From Vermamoeba vermiformis (taxonomy: Eukaryota), in assembly GCA_045837725.1 (NCBI GenBank), contig JBEWZL010000132.1, positions 186,001-250,000 of the forward strand: DNA of 64,000 nt, written 5' to 3'. Shown in pieces: positions 1-13,161 of this stretch. The notes under the pieces were generated by a model that saw only the letters and a list, made by a program, of their open reading frames with translations, did not search any database and was not told the DNA's origin. The translations under genes were made by a program, and so were the position numbers. The stretch's first letter is position 1. Each line of letters opens with the position of its first letter.

Positions 1-147
1 TAAATAAAAACAAAACTAATTTTCGTATTTCTATAAAAGGTGCTGAATACCAGAAAAGGAAATACTCCATGCGAATTCTACCAAAAAAATCTGCAGTTCG
101 CTCGTTCAGAATCTTCAAACGCATGCTTTATGATTGAATTGCGTATA

Positions 148-2459
148 CTACTTGCTGTTGAGTGCTTTGAGTCGTTCTCGCAGTGCATCTAGTCCCTCGT
201 TGTTGGTCTTCACCGTGTCTTCTTCTGAGATCTGCAAGAACCAATCAGATATTTCGTGCGATATATTTAGCAACGATGCGCTATCAATAGTGTTGTACTA
301 ATGTTCAGAAACGCAATGTCTCGTCGCTTTACTTCCTATCACTCGCACGTACCTTCACTTCGTTCTTTTCGTAGCGGAATTTGAGTCCCTCAGGCAGATC
401 TGACTTGGGTTGTGATACAGCGTTGGATTCAGTGCTTGTGGTCGTCGGCTCATCAGACGAACCCTCCAACACGATTCCTGTTACAACTATTAGCGATGCA
501 AAACGCTCGCAGCACATTTGTTTGATTTCCTAAACTAGCAAAAACATCAAAGAATTTATCCGCAAACGGTAAATGGATTGTCAGAAAATTTCTATTCTAA
601 TTCTGTACATACCGTAAAGGTTGTCTTCATGAACCACCGCTGTTTCAGTGGCAGGGGTTGCTTCGCTAACTACTACAGGTTCACTTGCGCGTTTCTTCTC
701 GTATTCTTCGCGACGTTTCTGACACCAGCTGCTGCTGCACTCCAGATTCGGATTCATGCGATAGCTCGGGAAAAAGTTCTTCATCGCGTTGTAGCCAAGG
801 TAATAAGACACTTCACCGAACTGCAATAAATATCTGCGCGCAGGGTCAGTCGCGAGAATTGAGTTCGTAAAGTGTAACAAGAAAATTCCTCAATTTAGTC
901 AATTTACTAAAATTGCGTGGAATATTCAAGCCGAGGTCTAAAAAGAGCGCGGCTATTTCGCCGGCGCGGCTATTTCGCGCATTATTTAACGCGTTCAGTG
1001 AACGATTTTAACAATAAAAAGGTGCCGTGATAAGGAGTGCGGCAGAAATGTTGAAAACCTTTGGAACCAGTGCGAGTAACACGCGACTAAAAATAGCAGC
1101 GCTGTATCTCGTACGGGAGATTACTTACTTGAGCGTGTTCTGCACCAACATGGCCGCGACCATTGACATCGTAGTGGGCAATGAAGCTGCGCACACACCC
1201 TGTGAATGACACGTCAACTGCAGTTCTCGAATGACACTTTGACACGTGATTTGACACCTGTCAGCAGTTCAGACCACTCACCTCACGCTTCAACGTGCGC
1301 TCGTCAATGCCACTGGCAACAATGAGTGGTGGCGCGCATTGAAAGCAGGCTGTGATACCTGGCTCAATGAGCTGAATGTGACCACTCATCGCGTCCTCGG
1401 AGACACCTGACTCCATCCACGGCTGATTTAACTCCACACAGGCCTGGGACACAGCGTTAAAGCAGCTCTATGCGTCATATTTAGTGCTGCCTAGTGTTAC
1501 CTGATTGATGGCCATGCGTGCCTCGAAATTGTCCACGCAGCCCAACACGAGGTCGACTGGCCCCTCTGTCAAACTGCCGTGCTGCAAGCGTTGACAAAAG
1601 TGTGCAAAGTGCTCGACCTAGTGGTGCATGATGAGTTCGTATATTCAATAGTATAATATATATTCGATAGCGTAGTGTGCTGTTGTACCTTGGTGATATT
1701 GTAGTTGTAGATCTCAAACTTAACATCGGGGTTGATTTGTGACAGACTTTGTTGTGCAGCTTCAGTCTTCGTCAGACCAACTTGATTGGGTGTATAGAAC
1801 AGTCTGTATTGTTCGCGGTCAGTAGCCGAATTAAAACCAGATCTGGCGTGAAGATCTTTTGCCCACGTTTATCGTACCTGTTCATGTTGGCGAGCTCGAC
1901 CTTATCATAATCAAATAGCAACAGCTTGCCAATACCGCAGCGCGTCAACATTTCAGCAGCCACTGAACCCACACCACCGAGACCAATGATCGCGACGGAA
2001 AACGAGCGGATTTTCTAAAGGCAAAATTAAAAACTGCTGGCAAATCTTCGCTAATAACTTTTGTGTTGCCGTGTGTAATCTACAGATTAATCGGCAAGAT
2101 ATTCAGAAACACGTAGAATTGAAAGAATTTTGACCAACTTGAATTAGTATGTCAATTTCTGCAAGAGAATCTAATTGCTTAAAACGTACTTCATAATTTT
2201 TTACAATACCCATGCGCTTCAGTGCCATCAATCGACTGTATATAAATGAGAGTGAGTAATTGGATCGACAAGATCTCAAAAATTGTAAAATTAATTTTCT
2301 CCTCATTTAAATAATGTTATACCTGTACGGGTTGCTATCAACCACTTCCTCGCTCATACTTTCAATTTTTTTGCGAATATTGCCCTTCTTCAGAGCTTCC
2401 ACTTCGGATTCCAACTCTTGGATTCGCTTCTTGTAATTCTCAAGTTCTTGCTGACTCAT
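148..2459 (-). CDS. UBA5: UFM1-activating enzyme E1 (multi-exon)
   Basis: Exons give [86 protein letters not shown] and [22 protein letters not shown] at 2459, TAG at 148-150. Confidence 0.95.
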
Positions 2460-2603
2460 GGTGAGGTTGCTGTTATTTAATGAGCTTGATTATGGATGTG
2501 CGAGTGCTCTGATTGAGGTAAATAGGTGCCAAAAAATTAAAATTACTTTATCGATTTTATTTCAATAATCGACCACAGATCCGCAACTTCAAATTCAACC
2601 ACA

Positions 2604-4042
2604 ATGCCTTTCCGTGCCTTTTATATCGATACTGGTGTTGAAGTCTCTGAACAAGACTTGTTAGCCCTTGGAGTTGAACACTTCCAGATCAACGCCGATC
2701 AAGTTGATAAAGAAGGCACTGAGCCCACTCTTGAAAAAATCTGCATTGAACGCAACTACAATTATAAGGATGTGGTAAGTATTATTGTACGAGCTTCGCT
2801 AGTAATTAAGAATATTCTGGATCGTCTGAAAATAATTCCTGAAACAATTCCCGCAGTAATTAATAGCGGTACTAACAGGTCCACACTACCCCTGAAACCT
2901 TGCCTAATTACGAAGAGAAGATGAAGATGTTCTTCCAAGAGTACGTACTTTGTTTCGCCGCGGCGGATCCAATCGCTGTTTAAGAGTGTCAATAGACCTA
3001 CAAAATATTAATACATAATATAATATAGACACTTGCACACAGACGAGGAGATCAGATTGTTCTTGAGTGGCAGTGGTTATTTTGATGTGCGCGACAAAGA
3101 AGACAAGTGGATCCGCATCCACTGCTTTAAGAACGACATGATCGTCTTGGTGCGTATTAGTCTTGATTATACAGCCTGCATTATATTAACAATACACGTA
3201 GCCTGCCGGTATCTATCATCGCTACTCCAATGATGAAAACAAAGGTGGCAAAGTGATGCGTTTCTTCTGCGGTGAGAGCGGATCTGCACGAGACTAAGTA
3301 CGACAGTAATAGCAATACTAACACCACATGATATATAGGTGTGCCTGTTTGGACTCCTCACAACCGCGGCACTGAGACTGATGTCATGTCGCAGCGCAAG
3401 GACTACGTGACTAAAGTGCTCAAGTCTGGTACGAGTCAGCATTAATTTCGTTCACTGAACCATTCGTTCACTGAACACTATCGAAAATTGAATCTTTGCT
3501 TTTACTTGTATAAAAACTAAAACTCTCATTCCGCCAATCTTTGCGCAAATTCTCTAATGACACGTGTCAGCTCCAGTCTCGTACCGCGAAGTGCTGGTCA
3601 AGTCCCCCGCAGAGTTCGAGAGTGAGTTCACTGCTGCACGTGCCACACAACCCGCACAACTGCTCGTCTGGGTCACCGCGGATTGGTGTCCTGACTGCGT
3701 GCAAGCCAAGCCCGTGCTCACCAAGCACTTCAATGAGCTGCAGAATGCTGTCGTGTTGAAGTGCGATGTCGATCGCAACACGTGAGTAATAGCCTTATTT
3801 GGCAAGTGCCTCCGTCACTGACACGTGAGTAGTTGGAAGGGCAATCCAGACTATCCGTATCGCACGCACCCACAGCTCAAAGTACAACGCATTCCCACAC
3901 TGATCAGATTCGGCAAGGTACGCTGATTGACACTTTTGACACTTTAACTGACCTCTCACAGCAAGGACCTCGTGAACGATTGGTGGAAGGTGAGTGCTAC
4001 GACACAGCCCTGGTTGAAGATTTCTTTGCCGTTCAGCTCTAA
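2604..4042 (+). CDS. ADI1: Acireductone dioxygenase (ARD cupin), probably fused to a TXNDC17/TRP14-like thioredoxin domain
   Basis: [30 protein letters not shown] and PVWTPHNR; intron 3429-3570 joins in frame to a WCPDC thioredoxin domain ending at TAA 4042. Confidence 0.88.
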
Positions 4043-4107
4043 GTTGTCGTTCAGTGAATGGAATAAATACGCTGTTTATTTTACAAAATGTTTGACACGT
4101 GTCACAC

Positions 4108-7100
4108 TCAGTCCGAGTCTGAGAACGAATCGTCCTCGCGCATGCTGTCTTCAATCATGCTGTCAGCCATGCTGTCCATGCTGCTGTCCATCGAACTCAT
4201 GCGGCTGTCAGTGCGGCGACTGTCACTCGAGCTCTTCTTGCCTGATTTGGACTTTTTGTCCTTTTTAGTCTTGTACTTGTCCTCGACATCGTTGAACTTG
4301 ACATTCATGTCCTCCACGGAGGCAGTGAGCGTTTGATTCTTGTAGCAGAGCTTGATGAGGTCTTCAAAGTGTTTGTAGCTCTGAATGAAGTACTCTTTGA
4401 AGCACAGCCACACGACTGGTATCAGGCCCTCGCCACTCGATACCTCGTGATTGATGCGCTTGTACTCGGTGTACAGACCTTTCTTCAACTGTAGAGTACC
4501 GTAATTAGTATCAATAGTGCCTATTGAGTGTAAAGACATACTCTGTCAGCGGTGTACTTGGTGATCAGTTTGCCGAGCACTTGATTTGAAAATGCATTCT
4601 GGAACTGCACGGTCTCGGGGGGCATGGTCTTGCTCAACTTCTCCACGCCATCGAAGAATTCCTGCAATGACAGTGTTAGCACATTGACGTCTTATTCGCG
4701 GCACACTACGCACAAACAACGTCTTGAATCGCTTCTCCACCAAGTACTTGACGTAAGTGTCGCGACTCTCCTTGTAGTAGCTCGTTGCCTTCTCCACATA
4801 GGGCTTGAGCACTGCTGCATTGCGCTTGCTGACATTGAGATAGAAGTGATGGAAGTTCTCGAATTTGAGCACGAGACAGGCCAGTGTTTCGCGGTCTGCG
4901 TCACCTTTGGCCATTTGCATCGCATAATTGGTCAGTCCTTCAGCACCGCTCTTGATCTTTTTGGCCATTTGTTTCACTTTAGACCTGCAGACAATGATTA
5001 GACTATTAATAATGGCACCGTATACGACGTACTTCTCGCCCTTGAGTAGTGTGGCAATATCGACATTGTTGCTGTTGACCTCTTCTTTCTTGGACTTGGG
5101 GGTCGCGAGCTCTAACAGCCACTCAAACAGCGCATCAACGAGCTGCAAGTAACACTTCTCCGCGAGTTCACGTGCCTCATTCGCACTGGCACCGTTCTCC
5201 TCGAGTCGTTCCATGAACACAATGAACTTCTTGACGTGTGCCAGCACTCCCGCTCGACGCACACGCACTTCGGTGTCTTTGATGTAGTCCACTTGCACGT
5301 CCTAGCCAGGTGTTAGTGCCAGCCACTGATACACTCGACCACTTACAATGAACTTGGTGATGCGTTCTAAGATCTGTTCTTTGAGCTTGGTGAGAATGGA
5401 TATGATGAACGGACTCGTCTTGCTGTACTCCTGCTCGTACTTGACTGTGTCGACCCAGAATGACATGGCATAGCTGTTGACAGGTGTCAATCAATGGTCT
5501 GCACAAATGTCACGTGACTTACAATCGATCGGTCTTGTATCCGAAGTTGATGAGGGCGGTGAGGTGCGACAAGAGTTCCTCGAAACAGACTGCCACGTGT
5601 TGTTGCAGGGCCTCGCTCTCATCGGCCGTGAAGTTGAACACATCGGCACTGAACTTCTGCTCGCTCATCACGAGGGGCAGCACATTCTTCAGGCACGAGG
5701 TGTACACTTGCGTCACTTTCATCTTCACTTTCTTCTTGTCGCTCAGTGTGCCACTCATCTTGCGCTTGTCACTCGTGTTGGACTTGGTGTCCACTTCCGA
5801 GTCCGAGTCGTAGTCCGCACTGTGACACGTGTCAATCAGATGTACGTGCAAGTGTTAAGTACTTACAATGAGCCCACACTCATGTCATCGTCTGAGCGAT
5901 CATCACCGCTGTTCGAGTCATTTGTGGCTGTTGCTGATTGGCCAGTCAAGCGTGCTGTCACCTCTGCGAAATGAAGGTGGTTAGTGTGCTAGTCACATGA
6001 ATGTGAGTATACTACCGAGTACTTACTCTCTTTGAAGCCCACACTCGTAGACTTGAACGAGACTACCAAGGTGTCAGTACGGTCAAATTCATGAACGGTA
6101 ACTTACACTTAGAGCTCTTCTCGCGCATGATGGTCTTTTTCAGTGAATGGAAGTAATCGCGCAATTCTTTTTTGTACAGTTCAGCGAATTTCTGCACGTA
6201 AGCTTTGCGCACATTTTCACACTCTTCAAAGTCAAACTCTTTGAGGCGATGAATGAGTGTCTTGTAGGCTTGAATGGGCTCCATAAAGCTCTTTTTGTTC
6301 ATGTAGATGATCTCTGTGCTGTCATTAGTCCTGACACATGGCGGCTAATCGATCCGTACCTGAGGACTCAGTCGGCATTCGCTTTGGCAGTCCTTCTTGT
6401 GCCTTGTTGAACAGCGCGTTGAACTGCTCGGCAATGTACTTGCTGAATCGCACTGAGAATGCCGTGCTCAACTTCTTGAACTGTTCCATTTGTTGACTGA
6501 ATTGGGTGCATGTCAGTGCGTGACACGTGTTAAACAAGTACGTACATGATAGCGAGCATTTCAGTGATGCCAGGCTTGTGCTGCGCTTTCATCACTTGGT
6601 CGAGTTTAGAGGCAGCACGCACTGCGCTGTCGAGGCCCTTGCCCACCGCGAAATCTCCGCTGCGCAGTGTCTGAGTGGTGGCTTCATCGAGTTGTACTTT
6701 GGCCTGATAGACGTACTGTTAGTGACACTGGCAATAAAAGTATATGGCAGTATACCATGACGTCATCAATCTCCTGCAGCAGTGCTTTCTGATTGCGCGT
6801 GATGAGGTCCATCGTGTTGTTCTTCTTTTCAATCTGTTCGATGTACACGCTGATGGTCTGTGCAGTGCCAGGGTTAGTATTGTTACATCGATACTAGTCC
6901 ACTACGAGGGACGTACATCGAGCTGGTCTTGATACTCCTCCAAGTGCGCATCCACATTTGACAGTTGTTTGCTCGAATTCTTCAGCAGTCCGTTCATTTG
7001 TTTCACGCGCTCGGTGATTGCGATCAGATCGTGAATGTTTTCCTAATAAGGCAATCAACACACGAACGAGATCGATGGCACTTGGCACTTACAGTCTCGA

Positions 7101-8352
7101 GCACCACGAGCTCTTTGCTGAGCTGTTCAGTGACCACATTGATGTCGCTGTAATTGGTCATTCGTTTGCGCAACATGTCGTCGATCAACTTCTCCTCCTC
7201 TTCGGTCATCAGCTCTTTGTGGTACGACACGCTCTCCGTGCTGCTCGCTATGCTGGGATTGCTCTCTTCGACCAACAGCCGCAGCTCCAAGATGTCAATG
7301 TGTGTCTGGGGCAGAAAGCCTTTGAACTGCTGATAGAGCTGCAACAGTGTCCACATGAACATGTGTCGCTCAGTGGCGGTGAAGGTCTGAAAGTAGTGTG
7401 GCTTGTCAAAGGCAATCGTGAACCGCGTGTCCTGCGTCGTGTCAGTGAGTGCACTACGAACACTAGATATGTATATCGAGCCTTACATTGTCATCATCGA
7501 CATCGACCATCTTCAACTCCTCGGACTGCCACGTCTTGGTGATGCTGTAAGTACCGTGCACCACGCGCACACGATGCACTGCGAGTCTGTCACCGCTCTT
7601 CACAGTCACTGCCAGTACCTCTTCGCCACCCTTCGCTGCGGCACTGCGTCCTGCACGGGCCACTCTGTTGCTGCGCACCACTCGCGCCACGGCCCGCACA
7701 TCTTCAGCGGTGCTCGCTTGGCCGCCGAACAGCTGCGCACTGAGCTGCTTGACAATCTCCGCGGGACTCAGGGACCACAACTCGCTGCGTCGATTGGTCT
7801 TGCTCGTGTCAGTCTGCGCCCCGAGCACTGATTGGCTCTCTTGCTCCTCCGCACTCTGCAGCGTGAACAGCGCATCCGTGTCGTCTTTGAAGGCAGAGGA
7901 GTTGTTGACTGACAATACGAACTCCTTGTCGAGCAGTCGTTGCGCGAGGGCCTTGGCTTCGTGCTTGTTGAGTGTCAAGTCCGACTCGAGCCACAGACTC
8001 AGCTGTTTGCCTGGAGGAGCAGATCTCGGTCAATTATTGTTATTGGACACTATTATAATGCTGAGATAGCTATTATTGCTGTGTAAAATGTGATGGAAGC
8101 GTAATTAAATGATAAATTTGAAAAATGCCGTTTAATAATTAATTGCGCATAGAGCACTTGTCATACCATCGAATGCATTCTCGACTTCTTTGTCTTTGTA
8201 GCGTCGAATTTTTAAATTAATTCCGACACCTGGTTGTCGCAGTCTATTGAAGATTTTTTGCAACTATCCGTTGGATCTCGATCAGCATTGCGTCGCACAA
8301 TAAGAGGTATAATTAAATTAATTACCTGCGCATCAGTCACTTTGAAACTCAT
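4108..8352 (-). CDS. EXOC1: Exocyst subunit Sec3 with an N-terminal DEP-like domain
   Basis: PH-like region (YSITKTWQSEELKMVD), coiled coil, FENFHHFY and C-terminal LIPVVW..FKEYFIQSYKHFEDLIKLCY typical of Sec3; many short introns. Confidence 0.88.
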
Positions 8353-8585
8353 TTTTTTAGTATACTAACGTTAGATCTACTAAAACATCCCCGAGACAAT
8401 TATACACAATAAATAAATAAACTATAGATGTGCTGAATATTATACTACAGTATGTATAATAATAGCCAATTTTCTGTGGGGGGAGTTGAAATTTGGCAAG
8501 TAGGGCCGGCAAGTACAGTTTTTTTGACGTCCCGAACTATGATGCACCAATACTAACAGTCGAGTTATATTCACCTCATTATTTC

Positions 8586-10007
8586 ATGTTACATTCGGCC
8601 CGACTAATCACAAGGCGTTCAGTGTCAGTTCTGCGCACAACTGCCGTGTCAGCGAACAAGATCTGCTCTCTGTTTAATGCTCAAAACACAAGCACAAGAA
8701 AGACTAAATATATTAATAGCGATGTATTGTATAATGTAGCATCCAAGACATTCATCAATCAGCCAGTGTCCAGATCTTATTTTACCACCAAATTAAGTGC
8801 TGCACGAGCCAAATTAACGCCAGGAACAATATCACCCAAGCGCTCAGTGCCAGTACGTAATTTTTACTAATTTTTTTGAATATTACCCGATAATTAAGCC
8901 GGATCTAAGTTGTTGGGAATTGTCCGCTACTTCCAATCCAACGTGAATGCCTAATACTTTATCCTTTAGGAGCACATACCACGCCCACCCTATGTACTGA
9001 GTGGTGAAGTGCCTATCTTCCCTCCATTTGTAAATCCAGATCGACTCAAAACTAAAACACCTGAGGAGATAGAAGGCATCAAAGCAGCATGTCGTATTGC
9101 TCGCGATACACTAGCATACGCTGGCTCGCTAGTGAAGGTATGTGCAGCAGTATTATACGGGTTGGCAGTCAAGCTAACACTCCTCAAGGCAGGGATCAGC
9201 ACCGATGAAATTGACCGCCTAGCACACGAGTACATTATAGCTGCTGGGGCCTATCCCTCGCCACTAGACTATGGTAACCCTGGATTCCCCAAATCTATAT
9301 GCACATCAGTGAATGAGGTACGAGTGATTGTGCACACGTGCGCTGTAACTCACCGGATGTACTCAGGTCATGGGCCACGGCATCCCAGCTACGGACACCG
9401 TGCTGCAAGAGGGCGACATCATCGCTATTGATATCACTGTATATTACAAAGGATTTCACGGTGACTGTTGCGCGACATTCCCAGTCGGAGCCATCTCCGA
9501 GCGAGCGCAACGGATCATCGACACCGCCAAGCTCTGTCTCGCTGCTGGCATTGAACAGTGCGGACCTGGCAAACCTCTCGCTGGCATTGGACAGACTATC
9601 AAGTACGTAGTGGTAAAGCCTAGTTCGACGAGTGCTAATATATCGCAGTCCGATCGCAATGCAACATGAGTGCCAAATATCGCCTATAATCGCAGGACAC
9701 GGCATAGGACGAACATTCCACGAGCCACCAGACATTATTCACGTGTACAATACCTTTCCTGGCAGGATGAGGGCCGGCATGGTGTTCACCATAGGTATGA
9801 ATTGCAGCAAAATTAGGAATTATTGTTTTAATAATTATTTGACCAATTTCAATAATTGTAGAGCCAACGGTGATAGATGGTGAAGATCCGACCGAAGTAT
9901 ATTGGGACGATGGCTGGTCTCTGGTATCAAAAACAGGTGGTTGGTCTGCGACCTTCGAACATACAGTGTTGATCACTGAAAACGGTGTAGAAATTCTCAC
10001 TAAATAG
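8586..10007 (+). CDS. METAP1D: Methionine aminopeptidase type 1D (organellar)
   Basis: [52 protein letters not shown] and FEHTVLIT; basic, Ser-rich N-terminal presequence. Confidence 0.9.
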
Positions 10008-10069
10008 ATGTTGGATGGATCGACTTGGATCTTTTGCGTCGCTTGTGCCACACTTTCGTACGAAGTATT

Positions 10070-10322
10070 TTCGTTTTGGCGCGAGATATTAGCCCGAACC
10101 GGGACCATTCGGCCAATATTTTTGTGTTGGCGCCAAATCAATCGATGAAGATTTAAAAAATTGCGCCATTTTGCGCCAAATGAAAGATTTAAATTTTCAG
10201 ACCGTTGGAATTTGGCGGCTTATTTTTTTTTCTGCCTAACATTTTAATGCGGCGCGCACAAAAATTCTGTCGTCCTTGTTGGCCATTTATCGTAAGATTT
10301 GATGGACAAAGACACTATTTAA
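10070..10322 (+). promoter_or_regulatory. Cell-cycle-type promoter upstream of the 3R-Myb gene (E2F-like, CHR-like and MSA-like sites)
   Basis: TTTGGCGCG (~10075), TTGGCGCCAAA (~10127), TTGCGCCAAA (~10171), TTTAAA copies and GACCGTTGGA (10200; reverse complement TCCAACGGTC). Confidence 0.55.
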
Positions 10323-12820
10323 ATGTCAGAGCCTACTGATTTGCACAACAGTGAATCAAACGCTGCATCTGAAGACACTTCGTAAGTAGCCGCCATTAAG
10401 GTTTCAGCCGATGCGGTCCGCCAAATATTTAAAATCATAAGAAAAGACATACAATCCATTGATTACATAAAATAATTGAACCGGACACTCTGAGTAAAAA
10501 TTAATTATCGCATTTGACTAACCCCACTTTTTCTCCCTTGCTAGTGCTGCAGATAAAAGCGCAAAAAAGAAGCAAAGACAAAAGGCACCCAAGGGCAAGT
10601 GGACCGAAGAAGAGGTAAGTTTCGTTGCGGTTGGGAGACCAACGGGATTTAAAAGATATCAAGAAAATCCAGAGTTCCCCTTACTGTGCTCAAATTCATT
10701 TGCCGTTAATTTCCTATAATTAAAATATTATGTCCTTTATATTCGTGGACTTGTTTTGCCATTTTATACCCGTGGTTCGGTAGTTTGATCGAACCCAACC
10801 CGCTGCAACTGTCCGTAACTAATCAATGGATTGACTGCTTAGGATCGACTACTCCAAAACGCTGTAAACGAATTTGGTGCCAAAAACTGGAAGAAAATCG
10901 CAGAAGCAGTACCAGAGCGCACGGATGTGCAGTGTCTTCACCGATGGCAAAAAGTATTGAATCCAGAGCTTGTTAAGGGTCCTTGGACTAAAGAGGTAAA
11001 TATTTCAAACATATTGACGTACTTTAGACCCTTATCGATTGATTACTTAATACTAATCTGTTATTCGTCTGTACAGGAAGACGACCTTGTGATTGCCTTG
11101 GTAAAACAGCATGGCGCGCAGAAGTGGTCTTTAATTGCCTCTCATTTGAAAGGAAGAATCGGAAAACAATGCCGAGAACGGTAGGTGGATTAATTAAATT
11201 GGATCGGTCGGCCGTAAAGTTTGTGAAACTCGATTTAATCATACAATTTATTGCAGATGGCACAATCATTTGAATCCCGACATTAAAAAAGGTACTTGGA
11301 CCGAAGAGGAGGAGCAAATCTTATTCGATGCACACACCCGCCTCGGCAACAAGTGGGCTGAAATAGGTACGCAGCACACCCGTGCCCTAAATAAGCTGAT
11401 TTATAACATTACAAACAGCGAAATTGTTGCCTGGTCGCACAGACAATGCGATTAAGAATCACTGGAACTCCACGGTCAAGAAGAAGACGAGATTGGAAGG
11501 CAAAAGCGTGTCTAGCTGCGAGCCGAGCGATGACACCAACGCATCACAAGAGTCAAAATTAGCCACGATCAAAGCAGAGCCATTGAATCCTCTGCCAGTA
11601 CCTATCTTGCCTGAGACTACTGATAATGAGGAGACTAAGCCAAAGAAGCGCGGACGCAAGAGAGGTACTAACTGAACGCGCGATCTGATCCGTTAAAATC
11701 GTGATTCTGACTGTTAGTTACAGGAGCTAGTGTGGGCAATGCAGGACCTCGCAAGAGAAGAAAGAGCGATCAAAGCAATGCCAGCACAGCCAGTCTGCCG
11801 AATGAAATGGAGATGACGCTCGCCAGTGGTGTGAATCTGAGTCAAAACACTTCAATGAGTCTCAACGACAGCATGGTGATAGATCTCAATTTGACCTCAC
11901 CCAGCAGAGTGCTCGCTGACAGCAGTCTCATGGCTTGGGATTCGTCGCGTGAATTGTCGCACATGGATACCAGCCAGAGCCGCGGTCACAGCGAGTTGGA
12001 CATGACTGAAGACGACGAACTGAATCGATCGCACAGCTCCATCACTAATCTCCTCAGCAACGAGCTCATCCTCGACTTTTACGAGGAGTCAGATCTCGGT
12101 CTGTTGTCACCACAAAAGTTGCGCACACCACTGTCACCAATCAGTCTCGTCAGAACACCCAGCAAGACTCGCGCCAAGTTCAAGAGTCCACCATCAATTC
12201 TGCGACGACGAAAGACACCTGTCAAATCACCGCCACTCAGTCCATTTAAGTCTCCTGCCCGTCATTCGCTGCTCAGCCCTGAAAAACAAGCGCCGTTCTC
12301 ACCGACACAATTCTTGGTGCAGTCACCTGTGCGCTTCTTCTCACCCTTCAAATTCGACGATCCCAATGTCGTAGCTGATATGATTGAACCCTCCACTCCT
12401 CCACGTGCTGCTGCCCCTGTTGAGGCAACGGCAGCTGTCACAACCTCTGCGGCCCCCTCGCTAGCTGCTCCGGCAATTTTGTCCGTCGCTGCCTCCCCAC
12501 AGGCCCCGACTACCTCTGCCGTGACCATTCAACTCCCTCCTGTTGTGCAGCCCAAGCCCACGAACGAAATTCTGATTGGTGGTTTTGGACTGGGCAGCAA
12601 GATCCAAGCAATCAACAAGAAATTGAATCGCGAGGAAGACAAGGGACTTCAAGCCTTGCAAATGCTGCGCCAAAAGACAGCAAGTGCCGACTTACTGCTG
12701 AACAAAGCTGAGCAGTATTTGAACAAGACACCGAAGAAGACTGCCAACATCGCACTGGACCACAAAGAAAACATTGAAAACTTCAACCCAAAACCACTCC
12801 CCTCGAACATTGCTGTATAA
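10323..12820 (+). CDS. Three-repeat (R1R2R3) Myb transcription factor
   Basis: [53 protein letters not shown] and [16 protein letters not shown]-terminal [10 protein letters not shown] and PFSPTQF with many SP/TP sites. Confidence 0.95.
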
Positions 12821-13161
12821 TTATCATCCCTCTCCCTCACCCTAATGTGTAGTATTTATTGATCCCCATGATCATTACCCAACCACAACTCTGTAATCTA
12901 TCCCCCTCCCCAAATGTACAATAAAATGTTTATTAAAGCGATTCACTTGTTGGTCGGATGAGCAATGCAATGAAACACACTACCAGAACCACAACAGGCA
13001 TCACTTTGCTAGCACCAGTTGATATTAACTTTCCTCTAGGTGCGGAGGTCTTTGGGGTAGTTTGATCTGCCATTGGTTCTGTGAAAGGAACTGGAAGCCG
13101 TGACTCCGAATACGAAGAATAAATGGTTATACTTTTCGCTAATATTCGTTTACTATTTACA

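Noticed and set aside
945-980. Direct repeat GCGCGGCTATTTCGC x2 in a UBA5 intron
   Set aside because: Only two copies with no TIR, TSD or spacer structure; probably a local duplication and not CRISPR.
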